Shown: piece after piece, positions 36,644 through 51,100 of the stretch
Layout of the letters: the number at the start of each line of letters is the position of its first letter
Numbering within the stretch: position 1 is the first letter of the stretch
DNA from: Macrostomum lignano
Lineage: Eukaryota
Direction: 5' to 3'
DNA length: 64,000 nt
Assembly: GCA_002269645.1 (NCBI GenBank)
Contig: NIVC01000926.1
Location: 1-64,000, forward strand
Made by a program: the position numbers and the translations under genes
The notes under the pieces: model-generated
Told to the model about the DNA's origin: nothing
Database searches by the model: none
The model's input: the letters and a program-made list of their open reading frames with translations, nothing else

Positions 36644-38764
36644 GCTTCCCTGCGACTGTTAGCCAAGAGTTCCCAGAGACATTAGGCCCAAACGAAAGTG
36701 AGGCTATCTCTAGGAATGTTGAAGAGCAAAGCTCTGAACCTCCAGTGAGCCTGTTAAGCAAAGCTGCCCAGCCTGATCTTACAGCCATTGCGAGAGAGCT
36801 AGTTGAAGAGTTCTTTCAGAAAGCTACTAGTGAGCATGAAGGTGATGGACCTAGACAGCGTCCTAACTCTAAAGCCACTGAGATTAGCGAGAGACTTAGT
36901 GATTTAGAAGCCGCAGTAGCTCCAGATTCTAATTTAATGGATAGTCAGATTCTTGTTGGTGAAGGTGAGCCCTCACTGGGAACCACAGATCTCACTCCAT
37001 CCTTGCCGAATAAGCCTGATCAGGTAGAAGTTGATGACGCTTACAGTGTGAACAGTGTTTTAGTCGGAAGCGAAGATCACCGGGACGATCGATGTGTTAC
37101 TTCCGAGGAGCAATTTATTAGTGACGATGAGGTGTTTGAGGAGCCTAAGGGTAGTAATTCGGGGTATTGCAAGATGATCCTATCGGACTTACTTGAACCT
37201 CCACTTTCGAGAGACGAGTTGATTAAAGCGCAGCAAGAAGACACCGTTATCAGAGAGCTGTGGAACGCTAAAGAGAGAGGTGACGACGAGTTTACTTTTG
37301 AGGCCCAATATGCTGGTCCAGAGCTTAGAAAAATGGCGAATTTTTTGCGGCCAGATGAGCATAGACCAAGGAGCTCTAGTGTTTCATCCTAAGTCTGTTG
37401 ACGAAGACAGTGAGCGCGAAGTTGTTGTTGATGTCGCACCTAGAATTGTGTTGCCACGCTGCATTGAAACAAAGGTCTTTGAGCACTTACATTCTTCGGT
37501 ATTAGCAGGACACTTAGGAAGAGATCGCACTGTCCAAAGGATACGGACAAGATTTTGGCGTCCAGGGCTAGTGACTGCTATTGAGGATTATGTTGCACGC
37601 TGCGTTCCTTGTCTAGAAAGTAAACCGAGGCACGAACCGAAGGCTCCGATTCACTCTTTCCCGATCTGCGATACGTTCCAGAGATTACACATTGACGCGG
37701 TTGGGCCTCTCTCCATCGAGAGTAGACGAGGCCATAAGTACGCGTTCACGATTATTGACCAGTTGTCACGTTTTCCGTTTGCGTTTCCAACGAGGAATCA
37801 ACGCAGCGAGACTAGTATTAAGCTTCTGCAGGACAGAGTTTTCTGCGAATTTGGGATTCCCAGGTATATTCATACTGATGGAGGACCCTGCTTTATTAGT
37901 AGACAGTTTGAACAATTTTGTGAATTGTATGGCATTGAACACACTGTATCTACGGCCTATCATCCTGAGAGTAATGGACTTGTAGAGCGTTTCAACCGAA
38001 ATCTGAAAACCATTATCACTTGTCTTTTAGAGAAAGAACATGCGAATTGGGACTTGTTTGTTCCCGCAGCGATGACTGCTCTTCGCACAAGTGTTAATTC
38101 TAACATTGGGCTAAGTCCTTTCTACGTCCTCTTTGGACGCGAAGCTAATTTTCCGATAGATAATCGATTGAGAAAGCCACAGACATATCCGCCTTTTCCT
38201 GCTTATGTCAGAGACCATGCAGAAAGACTGGAGTCTGCTGCCAAATTAGCTGCTAAGAGACTGCAAGATCTAACAGAGGTTAGAGCCGAGAGAGCTGAAA
38301 CCCAGCGTTGGCCTAAGAAACCATCGGTTGACAGTCAAGTGCTATTATTTAATCCAGTTATTCCTGACAATGAATGTTCAAAGTTTCATCGGAAGCAGAA
38401 GGGTGCGTACAGAGTTCTTGAAGTTGTCTCCAATGTGGTGTATCAGATACGGAAAGAGGACGAGAATGGCACGCTTGTGGGTAAGCCGTTCTACGCCCAT
38501 CTGAACAATCTTACACTCATTCCTCCTCCTAAGGGACAGGGACAATTAGACACTCAGGTTCTTGCAGGCACTGAAGGTATGAACAATGAGAACGTAGATT
38601 TAGATGGGGAAGAGAATAGGCAGGATGAGTTGCCGGAACCGGAAGGTCCCAGACCGCTGGAAATCCCGGACCCGCACTCTAGTGATCCGCCAGAACCACC
38701 TAAATTGGATGGGCAGAATAACATGAGTCAGCAAAGAACTGAAACTTTGCAGCCAAATGGCAAA
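36631..38764 (+). CDS. Acidic linker plus Gypsy integrase (HHCC, DDE); no protease/RT/RNaseH upstream
   Basis: HLHSSVLAGHLG...CVPC, HIDAVGP, TDGG, VERFN, GAYRV. One frameshift near 37340. The ORF is broken at 38764 by the Helitron array. Confidence 0.88.
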
Positions 38765-39243
38765 TCATATATACTAAAAATGAAATGTCTGTAACTATCT
38801 AGCTATGCGATAGATTTCAGAAAAAGTGGCTCAACCGATTTTCTTCAAACTTGCACCATTTGATCAGAAATTTTCCTGGGACGGTACATGCATCTTGGCT
38901 AAGAAATTGCTCAATTTTAAAGGGATTAAATATTCGAAAAACATGCTTTTTTGCAAAGGTCAAGCAGCTCTTTCGACCTGAAATGAATTGTAAAAATGCG
39001 AAAGAAAAAACTGACTGACTGAATTTCAATTGTGATAAAGATTGCATCACAACAAGATGAAAACAGTGTCGAAAAAATGCACACAAGACTTGATTGTAAT
39101 TGCGTAACCATATTGCTAACTTGAATTGAGACTGATACTGGCTGACTGAGAAATTGATTATGTCATAACTTTTTACTCTAACTGACTTGCTATAAGAATT
39201 GAATTATAAGGGCCACAATACATGTTCTCCAATTGAAAAGAGA

Positions 39244-39320
39244 TAGCCAAGATGGGAACAGACTGGACTGCTAATGTAGCGACCTGGGTTCGAATCTTAG
39301 TAGTGCAAAAACATTTTTTT
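39244..39320 (+). ncRNA. tRNA-derived Pol III-like head in Helitron unit 1 (copies at ~42738, ~46103, ~49487, ~53095)
   Basis: A-box-like TAGCCAAGATGG, Ser(GCT)-like loop CTGCTAA, B-box GGTTCGAATC 43 bp after the A-box, then a T7 run. Confidence 0.5.
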
Positions 39321-39349
39321 ATTAAAACACTTTAAAACACAAAATGCTA

Positions 39350-41270
39350 AACATAAAAGAAGCGCAATGTCAAATATAAAAGAGCCACCATGCCAAACAA
39401 AAAAAAAGTGCCACCATGTAGAACACAGAAGAGACACCATGTCAAACATAAAAGAGCCACCATTTCAAACATAAAAGAGCCACCATGTGAAACATATACG
39501 TGACTCAATGTCAAACATTAAAGAGCCACCATGTCAAACATTAAAGAGCCACCATGTCGAACATAACAGAGACAACATTTCAAACATAAAAGAGCCATCA
39601 TGTCAAACATAAAAGAGCCACCATGTCGAACATTAAAGAGCCACTATGTCAAACATAACAGAGACAACATTTCAAACATAAAAGAGCCATCATGTCAAAC
39701 ATTAAAGAGCCACCATGTCGAACATTAAAGAGCCACCATGTTGAACATTGAAGAGCCACCATGTCAAACATTAAAGAGCCACCAAGTAAAATATAAAAGA
39801 GCTACCATGTCAAACATAAAAGAGCCACCATGTCGAACATAACAGAGACAACATTTCAAACATTTAAGAGCCACCATGTCAAACATAAAAGAGCCACCAT
39901 GTCGAGCATAAAAGAGCCACCATGTCAAACATAAAAGAGCCACCATGTCAAACATTAAAGAGCCACCATGTCAAACATTCAAGAGAAACCATGTCGAACA
40001 TAACAGAGACAACATTTCAAACATTTAAGAGCCACCATGTCAAACATAAAAGAGCCACCATGTCGAGCATAAAATAGCCACCATGTTGAACATTAAAGAG
40101 CCACCATGTCAAACATTAAAGAGCCACCATGTCGAGCATAAAAGAGCCACCATGTCGAACATAAAAGAGCCACCATGTCAAACATTAAAGAGCCACCATG
40201 TCAAACATTCAAGAGAAACCATGTCGAACATAACAGAGACAACATTTCAAACATTTAAGAGCCACCATGTCAAACATAAAAGAGCCACCATGTCGAGCAT
40301 AAAATAGCCACCATGTTGAACATTAAAGAGCCACCATGTCAAACATTAAAGAGCCACCATGTCGAGCATAAAAGAGCCACCATGTCGAACATAAAAGAGC
40401 CACCATGTCAAACATTAAAGAGCCACCATGTCAAACATTAAAGAGCCACCATGTCAAACATTCAAGATCAGCCATGTCGAACATAAAAGAGCCACCATGT
40501 AAAATATAAAAGAGCTACCATGTCAAACATTAAAGAGCCATCATGTCAAACATAAAAGAGCCATCATGTGAAACATATACGTGACTCAATGTCAAACATT
40601 AAAGAGCCACCATGTCAAACATATACGTGACTCCATGTCAAACATTAAAGAGCCATCATGTCAAACATAAAAGAGCCATCATGTGAAACATATACGTGAC
40701 TCAATGTCAAACATTAAAGAGCCACCATGTCAAACATATACGTGACTCCATGTCAAACATTAAAGAGCCACCATGTCAAACATATATGACTCCATGTCAA
40801 ACATATATGACTCCATGTCAAACATATATGACTCCATGTCAAACATTAAAAATAAAAAAGACACCATGTCACACATAAGGGAGCCACCATATCAAACATA
40901 AAAGAGCTACCATGTCAAAACATTATTGAGCCATTATGCCCAATATAAAAAGACACAATTTCAAATGTAAAAGGGCCGCCATGTCAAACATAGAAGAGCC
41001 ACCATGTCAAACATAGAAGAGCCACCATGTCAAACAACTAAGCCACCATGTCAAACATAACAGAGACACCATTTCAAACGTAAAAGGGCCGCCATGGCAA
41101 ACATAGAAGAGCCACCATGTCAAACATTAAAGAGCTACCATGTCAAACACAAAAGGGCCACCACGTCCAACATTAAAGAGCTATCATGTCAAACACAAAA
41201 GAGCTACCATGTCAAACATTAAAAAGCCACTTTTTTAAACAAAAAAGAGACACCATTTCAAACATAAAAG
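39350..41270. repeat. 23-bp minisatellite AACATTAAAGAGCCACCATGTCA (also ~42845-44640, ~46205-48000, ~49590-52200)
   Basis: Directly visible inside Helitron units 1-4. Confidence 0.95.
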
Positions 41271-41339
41271 AAGTGTCATGCCAAACAAAATGAAACCATT
41301 ATAAAGCTAAGGAAATTGTTGCACTAGCTACTTGTTCTC

Positions 41340-42100
41340 TGGTGGATGCTTGCTATTTAAGGATGGATACTTGCTATCAGGGGGATGCTTGCTCTTGGGG
41401 GTGGAGAGTACTTGCTATCTGAGAGGGGGTTGCTAGATATCTATAAGGTATCTTTGTATCCAGGTTATGCTTGCTATCAGGGGTTGCTTGCTGTCTGGGG
41501 ATGCTTGCTATCTGGGGGGGATGCTTGCTATCTAGGGGATGCTTGCTATCTGCGGGATGCTTGCTATCTGGGGGATGCTTGCTATCTGCGGGATGCTTGC
41601 TATCTGGGGGACGCTTGCTATCTGGGGTCTGGGGAATGCTTGCTATCTGGGGATGCTTGCGATCTGGGGGATGCTTGCTATCTGAGGAATGCTTGCTATC
41701 TGGGGGATGCTTGCTATCTGCGGGATGCTTGCTATCTGGGGGATGCTTGCTATCTGGGGTCTGGGGGAATGCTTGCTATCGGGGGATGCTTGCAGTCTGG
41801 GGGATGCTTGCTATCTGGGGATGCTTGCCATCTGGGGGACGCTTGCTATCTGGGGTCTGGGGAATGCTTGCTATCTGGGGATGCTTGCGATCTGGGGGAT
41901 GCTTGCTATCTGAGGAATGCTTGCTATCTGGGGGATGCTTGCTATCTGCGGGATGCTTGCTATCTGGGGGATGCTTGCTATCTGGGGTCTGGGGAATGCT
42001 TGCTATCGGGGGATGCTTGCAGTCTGGGGGATGCTTGCTATCTGGGGATGCTTGCTATCTGGGGGATGCTTGCAGTCTGGGGGATGCTTGCTATTTGGGG
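41340..42100. repeat. ~18-bp minisatellite GGATGCTTGCTATCTGGG (also ~44720-45470, ~48075-48850, ~52270-52385, ~55730-56120)
   Basis: Directly visible near the 3' end of all five units. Confidence 0.95.
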
Positions 42101-45100
42101 ATCAATGCTTGAATGTTGTCTGAGGATGCTTGCTGTCTTGGGATGTTTTGTTTTTAAGAGGGAATGTCTGTTGTTTTTTCTGAAGGCTTTATTTCGCTGT
42201 CTATTTGTTATTTGTAAAAAACAAGGATTCTATCCAGATGTCCCCATCGGGGGCAAAGATTGCTAGTCCAATATACTAAAAATGAGTTGTCTGTGGGTAT
42301 GCGATAGATTTCAGAAAAAATGGCTCAACCGATTTTCTTCAAACTTGCACCATTCGATCAGAAATTTTCCTGGGACGGTACATGCATCTTGGCTAAGAAA
42401 TTGCTCAATTTTAAAGGGATTAAATATTCGAAAAACATGCTTTTTTGCAAAGGTCAAGCAGCTCTTTCGACCTGAAATGAATTGTAAAAATGCGAAAGAA
42501 AAAACTGACTGACTGAATTTCAATTGTGATAAAGATTGCATCACAACAAGATGAAAACAGTGTCGAAAAAATGCACACAAGACTTGATTGTAATTGCGTA
42601 ACCATATTGCTAACTTGAATTGAGACTGATACTGGCTGACTGAGAAATTGATTATGTCATAACTTTTTACTCTAACTGACTTGCTATAAGAATTGAATTA
42701 TAAGGGCCACAATACATGTTCTCCAATTGAAAAGAGATAGCCAAGATGGGAACAGACTGGACTGCTAATGTAGCGACCTGGGTTCGAATCTTAGTAGTGC
42801 AAAAACATTTTTTTATTAAAACACTTTAAAACACAAAATGCTAAACATAAAAGAAGCGCAATGTCAAATATAAAAGAGCCACCATGCCAAACAAAAAAAA
42901 AGTGCCACCATGTAGAACACAGAAGAGACACCATGTCAAACATAAAAGAGCCACCATTTCAAACATAAAAGAGCCACCATGTGAAACATATACGTGACTC
43001 AATGTCAAACATTAAAGAGCCACCATGTCAAACATTAAAGAGCCACCATGTCGAACATAACAGAGACAACATTTCAAACATAAAAGAGCCATCATGTCAA
43101 ACATAAAAGAGCCACCATGTCGAACATTAAAGAGCCACTATGTCAAACATAACAGAGACAACATTTCAAACATAAAAGAGCCATCATGTCAAACATTAAA
43201 GAGCCACCATGTCGAACATTAAAGAGCCACCATGTTGAACATTGAAGAGCCACCATGTCAAACATTAAAGAGCCACCAAGTAAAATATAAAAGAGCTACC
43301 ATGTCAAACATAAAAGAGCCACCATGTCGAACATAACAGAGACAACATTTCAAACATTTAAGAGCCACCATGTCAAACATAAAAGAGCCACCATGTCGAG
43401 CATAAAAGAGCCACCATGTCAAACATAAAAGAGCCACCATGTCAAACATTAAAGAGCCACCATGTCAAACATTCAAGAGAAACCATGTCGAACATAACAG
43501 AGACAACATTTCAAACATTTAAGAGCCACCATGTCAAACATAAAAGAGCCACCATGTCGAGCATAAAATAGCCACCATGTTGAACATTAAAGAGCCACCA
43601 TGTCAAACATTAAAGAGCCACCATGTCGAGCATAAAAGAGCCACCATGTCGAACATAAAAGAGCCACCATGTCAAACATTAAAGAGCCACCATGTCAAAC
43701 ATTCAAGAGAAACCATGTCGAACATAACAGAGACAACATTTCAAACATTTAAGAGCCACCATGTCAAACATAAAAGAGCCACCATGTCGAGCATAAAATA
43801 GCCACCATGTTGAACATTAAAGAGCCACCATGTCAAACATTAAAGAGCCACCATGTCGAGCATAAAAGAGCCACCATGTCGAACATAAAAGAGCCACCAT
43901 GTCAAACATTAAAGAGCCACCATGTCAAACATTAAAGAGCCACCATGTCAAACATTCAAGATCAGCCATGTCGAACATAAAAGAGCCACCATGTAAAATA
44001 TAAAAGAGCTACCATGTCAAACATTAAAGAGCCATCATGTCAAACATAAAAGAGCCATCATGTGAAACATATACGTGACTCAATGTCAAACATTAAAGAG
44101 CCACCATGTCAAACATATACGTGACTCCATGTCAAACATTAAAGAGCCACCATGTCAAACATATATGACTCCATGTCAAACATATATGACTCCATGTCAA
44201 ACATATATGACTCCATGTCAAACATTAAAAATAAAAAAGACACCATGTCACACATAAGGGAGCCACCATATCAAACATAAAAGAGCTACCATGTCAAAAC
44301 ATTATTGAGCCATTATGCCCAATATAAAAAGACACAATTTCAAATGTAAAAGGGCCGCCATGTCAAACATAGAAGAGCCACCATGTCAAACATAGAAGAG
44401 CCACCATGTCAAACAACTAAGCCACCATGTCAAACATAACAGAGACACCATTTCAAACGTAAAAGGGCCGCCATGGCAAACATAGAAGAGCCACCATGTC
44501 AAACATTAAAGAGCTACCATGTCAAACACAAAAGGGCCACCACGTCCAACATTAAAGAGCTATCATGTCAAACACAAAAGAGCTACCATGTCAAACATTA
44601 AAAAGCCACTTTTTTAAACAAAAAAGAGACACCATTTCAAACATAAAAGAAGTGTCATGCCAAACAAAATGAAACCATTATAAAGCTAAGGAAATTGTTG
44701 CACTAGCTACTTGTTCTCTGGTGGATGCTTGCTATTTAAGGATGGATACTTGCTATCAGGGGGATGCTTGCTCTTGGGGGTGGAGAGTACTTGCTATCTG
44801 AGAGGGGGTTGCTAGATATCTATAAGGTATCTTTGTATCCAGGTTATGCTTGCTATCAGGGTTGCTTGCTGTCTGGGGATGCTTGCTATCTGGGGGGGAT
44901 GCTTGCTATCTAGGGGATGCTTGCTATCTGCGGGATGCTTGCTATCTGGGGGATGCTTGCTATCTGCGGGATGCTTGCTATCTGGGGGACGCTTGCTATC
45001 TGGGGTCTGGGGAATGCTTGCTATCTGGGGATGCTTGCGATCTGGGGGATGCTTGCTATCTGAGGAATGCTTGCTATCTGGGGGATGCTTGCTATCTGCG

Positions 45101-48100
45101 GGATGCTTGCTATCTGGGGGATGCTTGCTATCTGGGGTCTGGGGAATGCTTGCTATCGGGGGGATGCTTGCAGTCTGGGGGATGCTTGCTATCTGGGGAT
45201 GCTTGCCATCTGGGGGACGCTTGCTATCTGGGGTCTGGGGGAATGCTTGCTATCTGGGGATGCTTGCGATCTGGGGGATGCTTGCTATCTGAGGAATGCT
45301 TGCTATCTGGGGGATGCTTGCTATCTGCGGGATGCTTGCTATCTGGGGGATGCTTGCTATCTGGGGTCTGGGGGAATGCTTGCTATCGGGGGGATGCTTG
45401 CAGTCTGGGGGATGCTTGCTATCTGGGGATGCTTGCTATCTGGGGGATGCTTGCTATTTGGGGATCAATGCTTGAATGTTGTCTGAGGATGCTTGCTGTC
45501 TTGGGATGTTTTGTTTTTAAGAGGGAATGTCTGTTGTTTTTTCTGAAGGCTTTATTTCGCTGTCTATTTGTTATTTGTAAAAAACAAGGATTCTATCCAG
45601 ATGTCCCCCATCGGGGGGCAAAGATTGCTAGTCCAATATACTAAAAATGAGTTGTCTGTGGGTATGCGATAGATTTCAGAAAAAATGGCTCAACCGATTT
45701 TCTTCAAACTTGCACCATTCGATCAGAAATTTTCCTGGGACGGTACATGCATCTTGGCTAAGAAATTGCTCAATTTTAAAGGGATTAAATATTCGAAAAA
45801 CATGCTTTTTTGCAAAGGTCAAGCAGCTCTTTCGACCTGAAATGAATTGTAAAAATGCGAAAGAAAAAACTGACTGACTGAATTTCAATTGTGATAAAGA
45901 TTGCATCACAACAAGATGAAAACAGTGTCGAAAAAATGCACACAAGACTTGATTGTAATTGCGTAACCATATTGCTAACTTGAATTGAGACTGATACTGG
46001 CTGACTGAGAAATTGATTATGTCATAACTTTTTACTCTAACTGACTTGCTATAAGAATTGAATTATAAGGGCCACAATACATGTTCTCCAATTGAAAAGA
46101 GATAGCCAAGATGGGAACAGACTGGACTGCTAATGTAGCGACCTGGGTTCGAATCTTAGTAGTGCAAAAACATTTTTTTATTAAAACACTTTAAAACACA
46201 AAATGCTAAACATAAAAGAAGCGCAATGTCAAATATAAAAGAGCCACCATGCCAAACAAAAAAAAAGTGCCACCATGTAGAACACAGAAGAGACACCATG
46301 TCAAACATAAAAGAGCCACCATTTCAAACATAAAAGAGCCACCATGTGAAACATATACGTGACTCAATGTCAAACATTAAAGAGCCACCATGTCAAACAT
46401 TAAAGAGCCACCATGTCGAACATAACAGAGACAACATTTCAAACATAAAAGAGCCATCATGTCAAACATAAAAGAGCCACCATGTCGAACATTAAAGAGC
46501 CACTATGTCAAACATAACAGAGACAACATTTCAAACATAAAAGAGCCATCATGTCAAACATTAAAGAGCCACCATGTCGAACATTAAAGAGCCACCATGT
46601 TGAACATTGAAGAGCCACCATGTCAAACATTAAAGAGCCACCAAGTAAAATATAAAAGAGCTACCATGTCAAACATAAAAGAGCCACCATGTCGAACATA
46701 ACAGAGACAACATTTCAAACATTTAAGAGCCACCATGTCAAACATAAAAGAGCCACCATGTCGAGCATAAAAGAGCCACCATGTCAAACATAAAAGAGCC
46801 ACCATGTCAAACATTAAAGAGCCACCATGTCAAACATTCAAGAGAAACCATGTCGAACATAACAGAGACAACATTTCAAACATTTAAGAGCCACCATGTC
46901 AAACATAAAAGAGCCACCATGTCGAGCATAAAATAGCCACCATGTTGAACATTAAAGAGCCACCATGTCAAACATTAAAGAGCCACCATGTCGAGCATAA
47001 AAGAGCCACCATGTCGAACATAAAAGAGCCACCATGTCAAACATTAAAGAGCCACCATGTCAAACATTCAAGAGAAACCATGTCGAACATAACAGAGACA
47101 ACATTTCAAACATTTAAGAGCCACCATGTCAAACATAAAAGAGCCACCATGTCGAGCATAAAATAGCCACCATGTTGAACATTAAAGAGCCACCATGTCA
47201 AACATTAAAGAGCCACCATGTCGAGCATAAAAGAGCCACCATGTCGAACATAAAAGAGCCACCATGTCAAACATTAAAGAGCCACCATGTCAAACATTAA
47301 AGAGCCACCATGTCAAACATTCAAGATCAGCCATGTCGAACATAAAAGAGCCACCATGTAAAATATAAAAGAGCTACCATGTCAAACATTAAAGAGCCAT
47401 CATGTCAAACATAAAAGAGCCATCATGTGAAACATATACGTGACTCAATGTCAAACATTAAAGAGCCACCATGTCAAACATATACGTGACTCCATGTCAA
47501 ACATTAAAGAGCCACCATGTCAAACATATATGACTCCATGTCAAACATATATGACTCCATGTCAAACATATATGACTCCATGTCAAACATTAAAAATAAA
47601 AAAGACACCATGTCACACATAAGGGAGCCACCATATCAAACATAAAAGAGCTACCATGTCAAAACATTATTGAGCCATTATGCCCAATATAAAAAGACAC
47701 AATTTCAAATGTAAAAGGGCCGCCATGTCAAACATAGAAGAGCCACCATGTCAAACATAGAAGAGCCACCATGTCAAACAACTAAGCCACCATGTCAAAC
47801 ATAACAGAGACACCATTTCAAACGTAAAAGGGCCGCCATGGCAAACATAGAAGAGCCACCATGTCAAACATTAAAGAGCTACCATGTCAAACACAAAAGG
47901 GCCACCACGTCCAACATTAAAGAGCTATCATGTCAAACACAAAAGAGCTACCATGTCAAACATTAAAAAGCCACTTTTTTAAACAAAAAAGAGACACCAT
48001 TTCAAACATAAAAGAAGTGTCATGCCAAACAAAATGAAACCATTATAAAGCTAAGGAAATTGTTGCACTAGCTACTTGTTCTCTGGTGGATGCTTGCTAT

Positions 48101-51100
48101 TTAAGGATGGATACTTGCTATCAGGGGGATGCTTGCTCTTGGGGGTGGAGAGTACTTGCTATCTGAGAGGGGGTTGCTAGATATCTATAAGGTATCTTTG
48201 TATCCAGGTTATGCTTGCTATCAGGGGTTGCTTGCTGTCTGGGGGATGCTTGCTATCTGGGGGGGATGCTTGCTATCTAGGGGATGCTTGCTATCTGCGG
48301 GATGCTTGCTATCTGGGGATGCTTGCTATCTGCGGGATGCTTGCTATCTGGGGGACGCTTGCTATCTGGGGTCTGGGGAATGCTTGCTATCTGGGGATGC
48401 TTGCGATCTGGGGGATGCTTGCTATCTGAGGAATGCTTGCTATCTGGGGGATGCTTGCTATCTGCGGGATGCTTGCTATCTGGGGGATGCTTGCTATCTG
48501 GGGTCTGGGGAATGCTTGCTATCGGGGGGATGCTTGCAGTCTGGGGGATGCTTGCTATCTGGGGATGCTTGCCATCTGGGGGACGCTTGCTATCTGGGGT
48601 CTGGGGGAATGCTTGCTATCTGGGGATGCTTGCGATCTGGGGGATGCTTGCTATCTGAGGAATGCTTGCTATCTGGGGGATGCTTGCTATCTGCGGGATG
48701 CTTGCTATCTGGGGGATGCTTGCTATCTGGGGTCTGGGGGAATGCTTGCTATCGGGGGGATGCTTGCAGTCTGGGGGATGCTTGCTATCTGGGGATGCTT
48801 GCTATCTGGGGATGCTTGCAGTCTGGGGGATGCTTGCTATTTGGGGATCAATGCTTGAATGTTGTCTGAGGATGCTTGCTGTCTTGGGATGTTTTGTTTT
48901 TAAGAGGGAATGTCTGTTGTTTTTTCTGAAGGCTTTATTTCGCTGTCTATTTGTTATTTGTAAAAAACAAGGATTCTATCCAGATGTCCCCCATCGGGGG
49001 GCAAAGATTGCTAGTCCAATATACTAAAAATGAGTTGTCTGTGGGTATGCGATAGATTTCAGAAAAAATGGCTCAACCGATTTTCTTCAAACTTGCACCA
49101 TTCGATCAGAAATTTTCCTGGGACGGTACATGCATCTTGGCTAAGAAATTGCTATATATTAAAGGGATTAAATATTCGAAAAACATGCTTTTTTGCAAAG
49201 GTCAAGCAAAATTTTCGACTTGAAATGCATTGTAAGAATGCTAGAAAAATACCTGACTGACTGAATTTCAATTCTGATAAAGATTGCATCACAACAAGTA
49301 GAAAACAGTGCCGAAGAAATGCACACACGACTTGATTTAAATTGCGTAACCAATATTGCTAACTTGAATTGAAACTGATACTGGCTGACTGAGAAATTGA
49401 TTATGTCATAACTTTTTACTCTAATTGACTTGCTGTAAGAATTGAATTATAAGGGCCACAATTGATGTACTCCAATTGAAAAGAGATAGCCCAGATGCGA
49501 ACAGACTGGAATGCTAATGTAGCGACCTGGGTTCGAATCTAAGTAATGCAAAATAATTTTTTTATTAAAACACCTTGAAAACATGAAACTGCTAAACATA
49601 AAAGAAGCACAATGTCAAACATATCAGTGGCACCATGTCGAACATTAAAGAGCCACCATGCCAAACATAAACGAGCCACCATGTCAAGCATTAAAAAGCC
49701 ACCATGTCAAACATATTTGTGACTCCATGTAAAACATATATACGTGACTCCATGTCAAACATTAAAGAGCCACCATGTCGAATATAAAAGACCTACCATG
49801 TCAAACATAAAAGAGCCACCATGTCGAACATTAAAGAGCCACCATGTCAAACGTAAAAGAACCGACATGTCGAACATTAAGGAGCCACCATGTCAAACGT
49901 AAAAGAACCACCATGTCGAACATTAAAGAGCCACCATGTCAAACATTAAAGAGCCACCATGTCAAAAATTAAAGAGCCACTTTGTCATACTTAAAAGAGC
50001 CACCATGTCGAACATTAAAGAGCTACCATGTCAAACATAAAAAAGCCACCATGTCAAACTTTAAAGAGCCACCACGTCGAACGTGAAAAAGCCACCATGT
50101 CAAACATAAAAGAGCCACCATGTCTAACAATAAAGAACCACTTTGTCGAACATTAAAGAGCTACCATGTCAAACATAAAAGAGCCGACATGTCGAAAATT
50201 AAAGAGCTACCATGTCAAACATTAAAGAGCCACCATGTCAAACATAAAAGAGCCGACATGTCGAAAATTAAAGAGCTACCATGTCAAGCATAAAAGAGCC
50301 AACATGTCGAAAATTAAAGAGCCACCATGTCAAACGTAAAAGAACCACCATGTCGAACACTTAAGAGCTACAATGTCAAACATTAAAGAGCCACCATGTC
50401 AAACATTAAAGAGCCACCATGTCGAACATAAAAGAGCCACCATGTAAAACATTAAAGAGCCACCATGTCTAACATTAAAGAGCCACCATGTCGAACGTTA
50501 AAGAGCCACCATGTCAAACATTAACGAGTCACCATGTCAAGCGTATACGTGACTCCATGTCAAACATTAAAGAGCCATCATTTCAGACATTAAAGTGTCA
50601 CCATGTCGAACATTAAAAAGCCACCATGTCCAACATTAAAGAGCCACCATGTCTAACATATATGTGACTCCAAGTCGAACATTAAAGAGCCACCATGTCG
50701 AACGTTAAAGAGCCACCATATTGAACATAAAAGAGCCACCATGTAAAACATTAAAGAGCCACCATGTCAAACATTAACGAGTCACCATGTCAAGCGTATA
50801 CGAGACTCCATGTCAAACATTAAAGAGCCATCATTGCAGACAGTAAAGTGCCACCAGGTCAAACATTAAAGAGCCACCATGTCAAACATTAAAAAGCCAT
50901 CATGTCGAACATTAAAGACCCACCATGTAAAACATAAAAGAGCCACCATGTCAAACATTAATGAGCCACCATGTCAAACATTAAAGAGCCACTTTGTCGA
51001 AAATTAAAGAGCTACCATGTCAAACATAAAAGAGCCAACATGTCGAAAATTAAAGAGCCACCATGTCAAACGTAAAAGAACCACCATGTCGAACATTTAA

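Noticed and set aside
39241-39300. Functional tRNA-Ser gene
   Set aside because: The acceptor and anticodon stems do not pair fully and there is no long variable arm; treated as a tRNA-derived head instead.
41385-49027. GDACYL/MLAIWG repetitive ORFs
   Set aside because: Derived from the 18-bp minisatellite; frames shift with unit-length variants.
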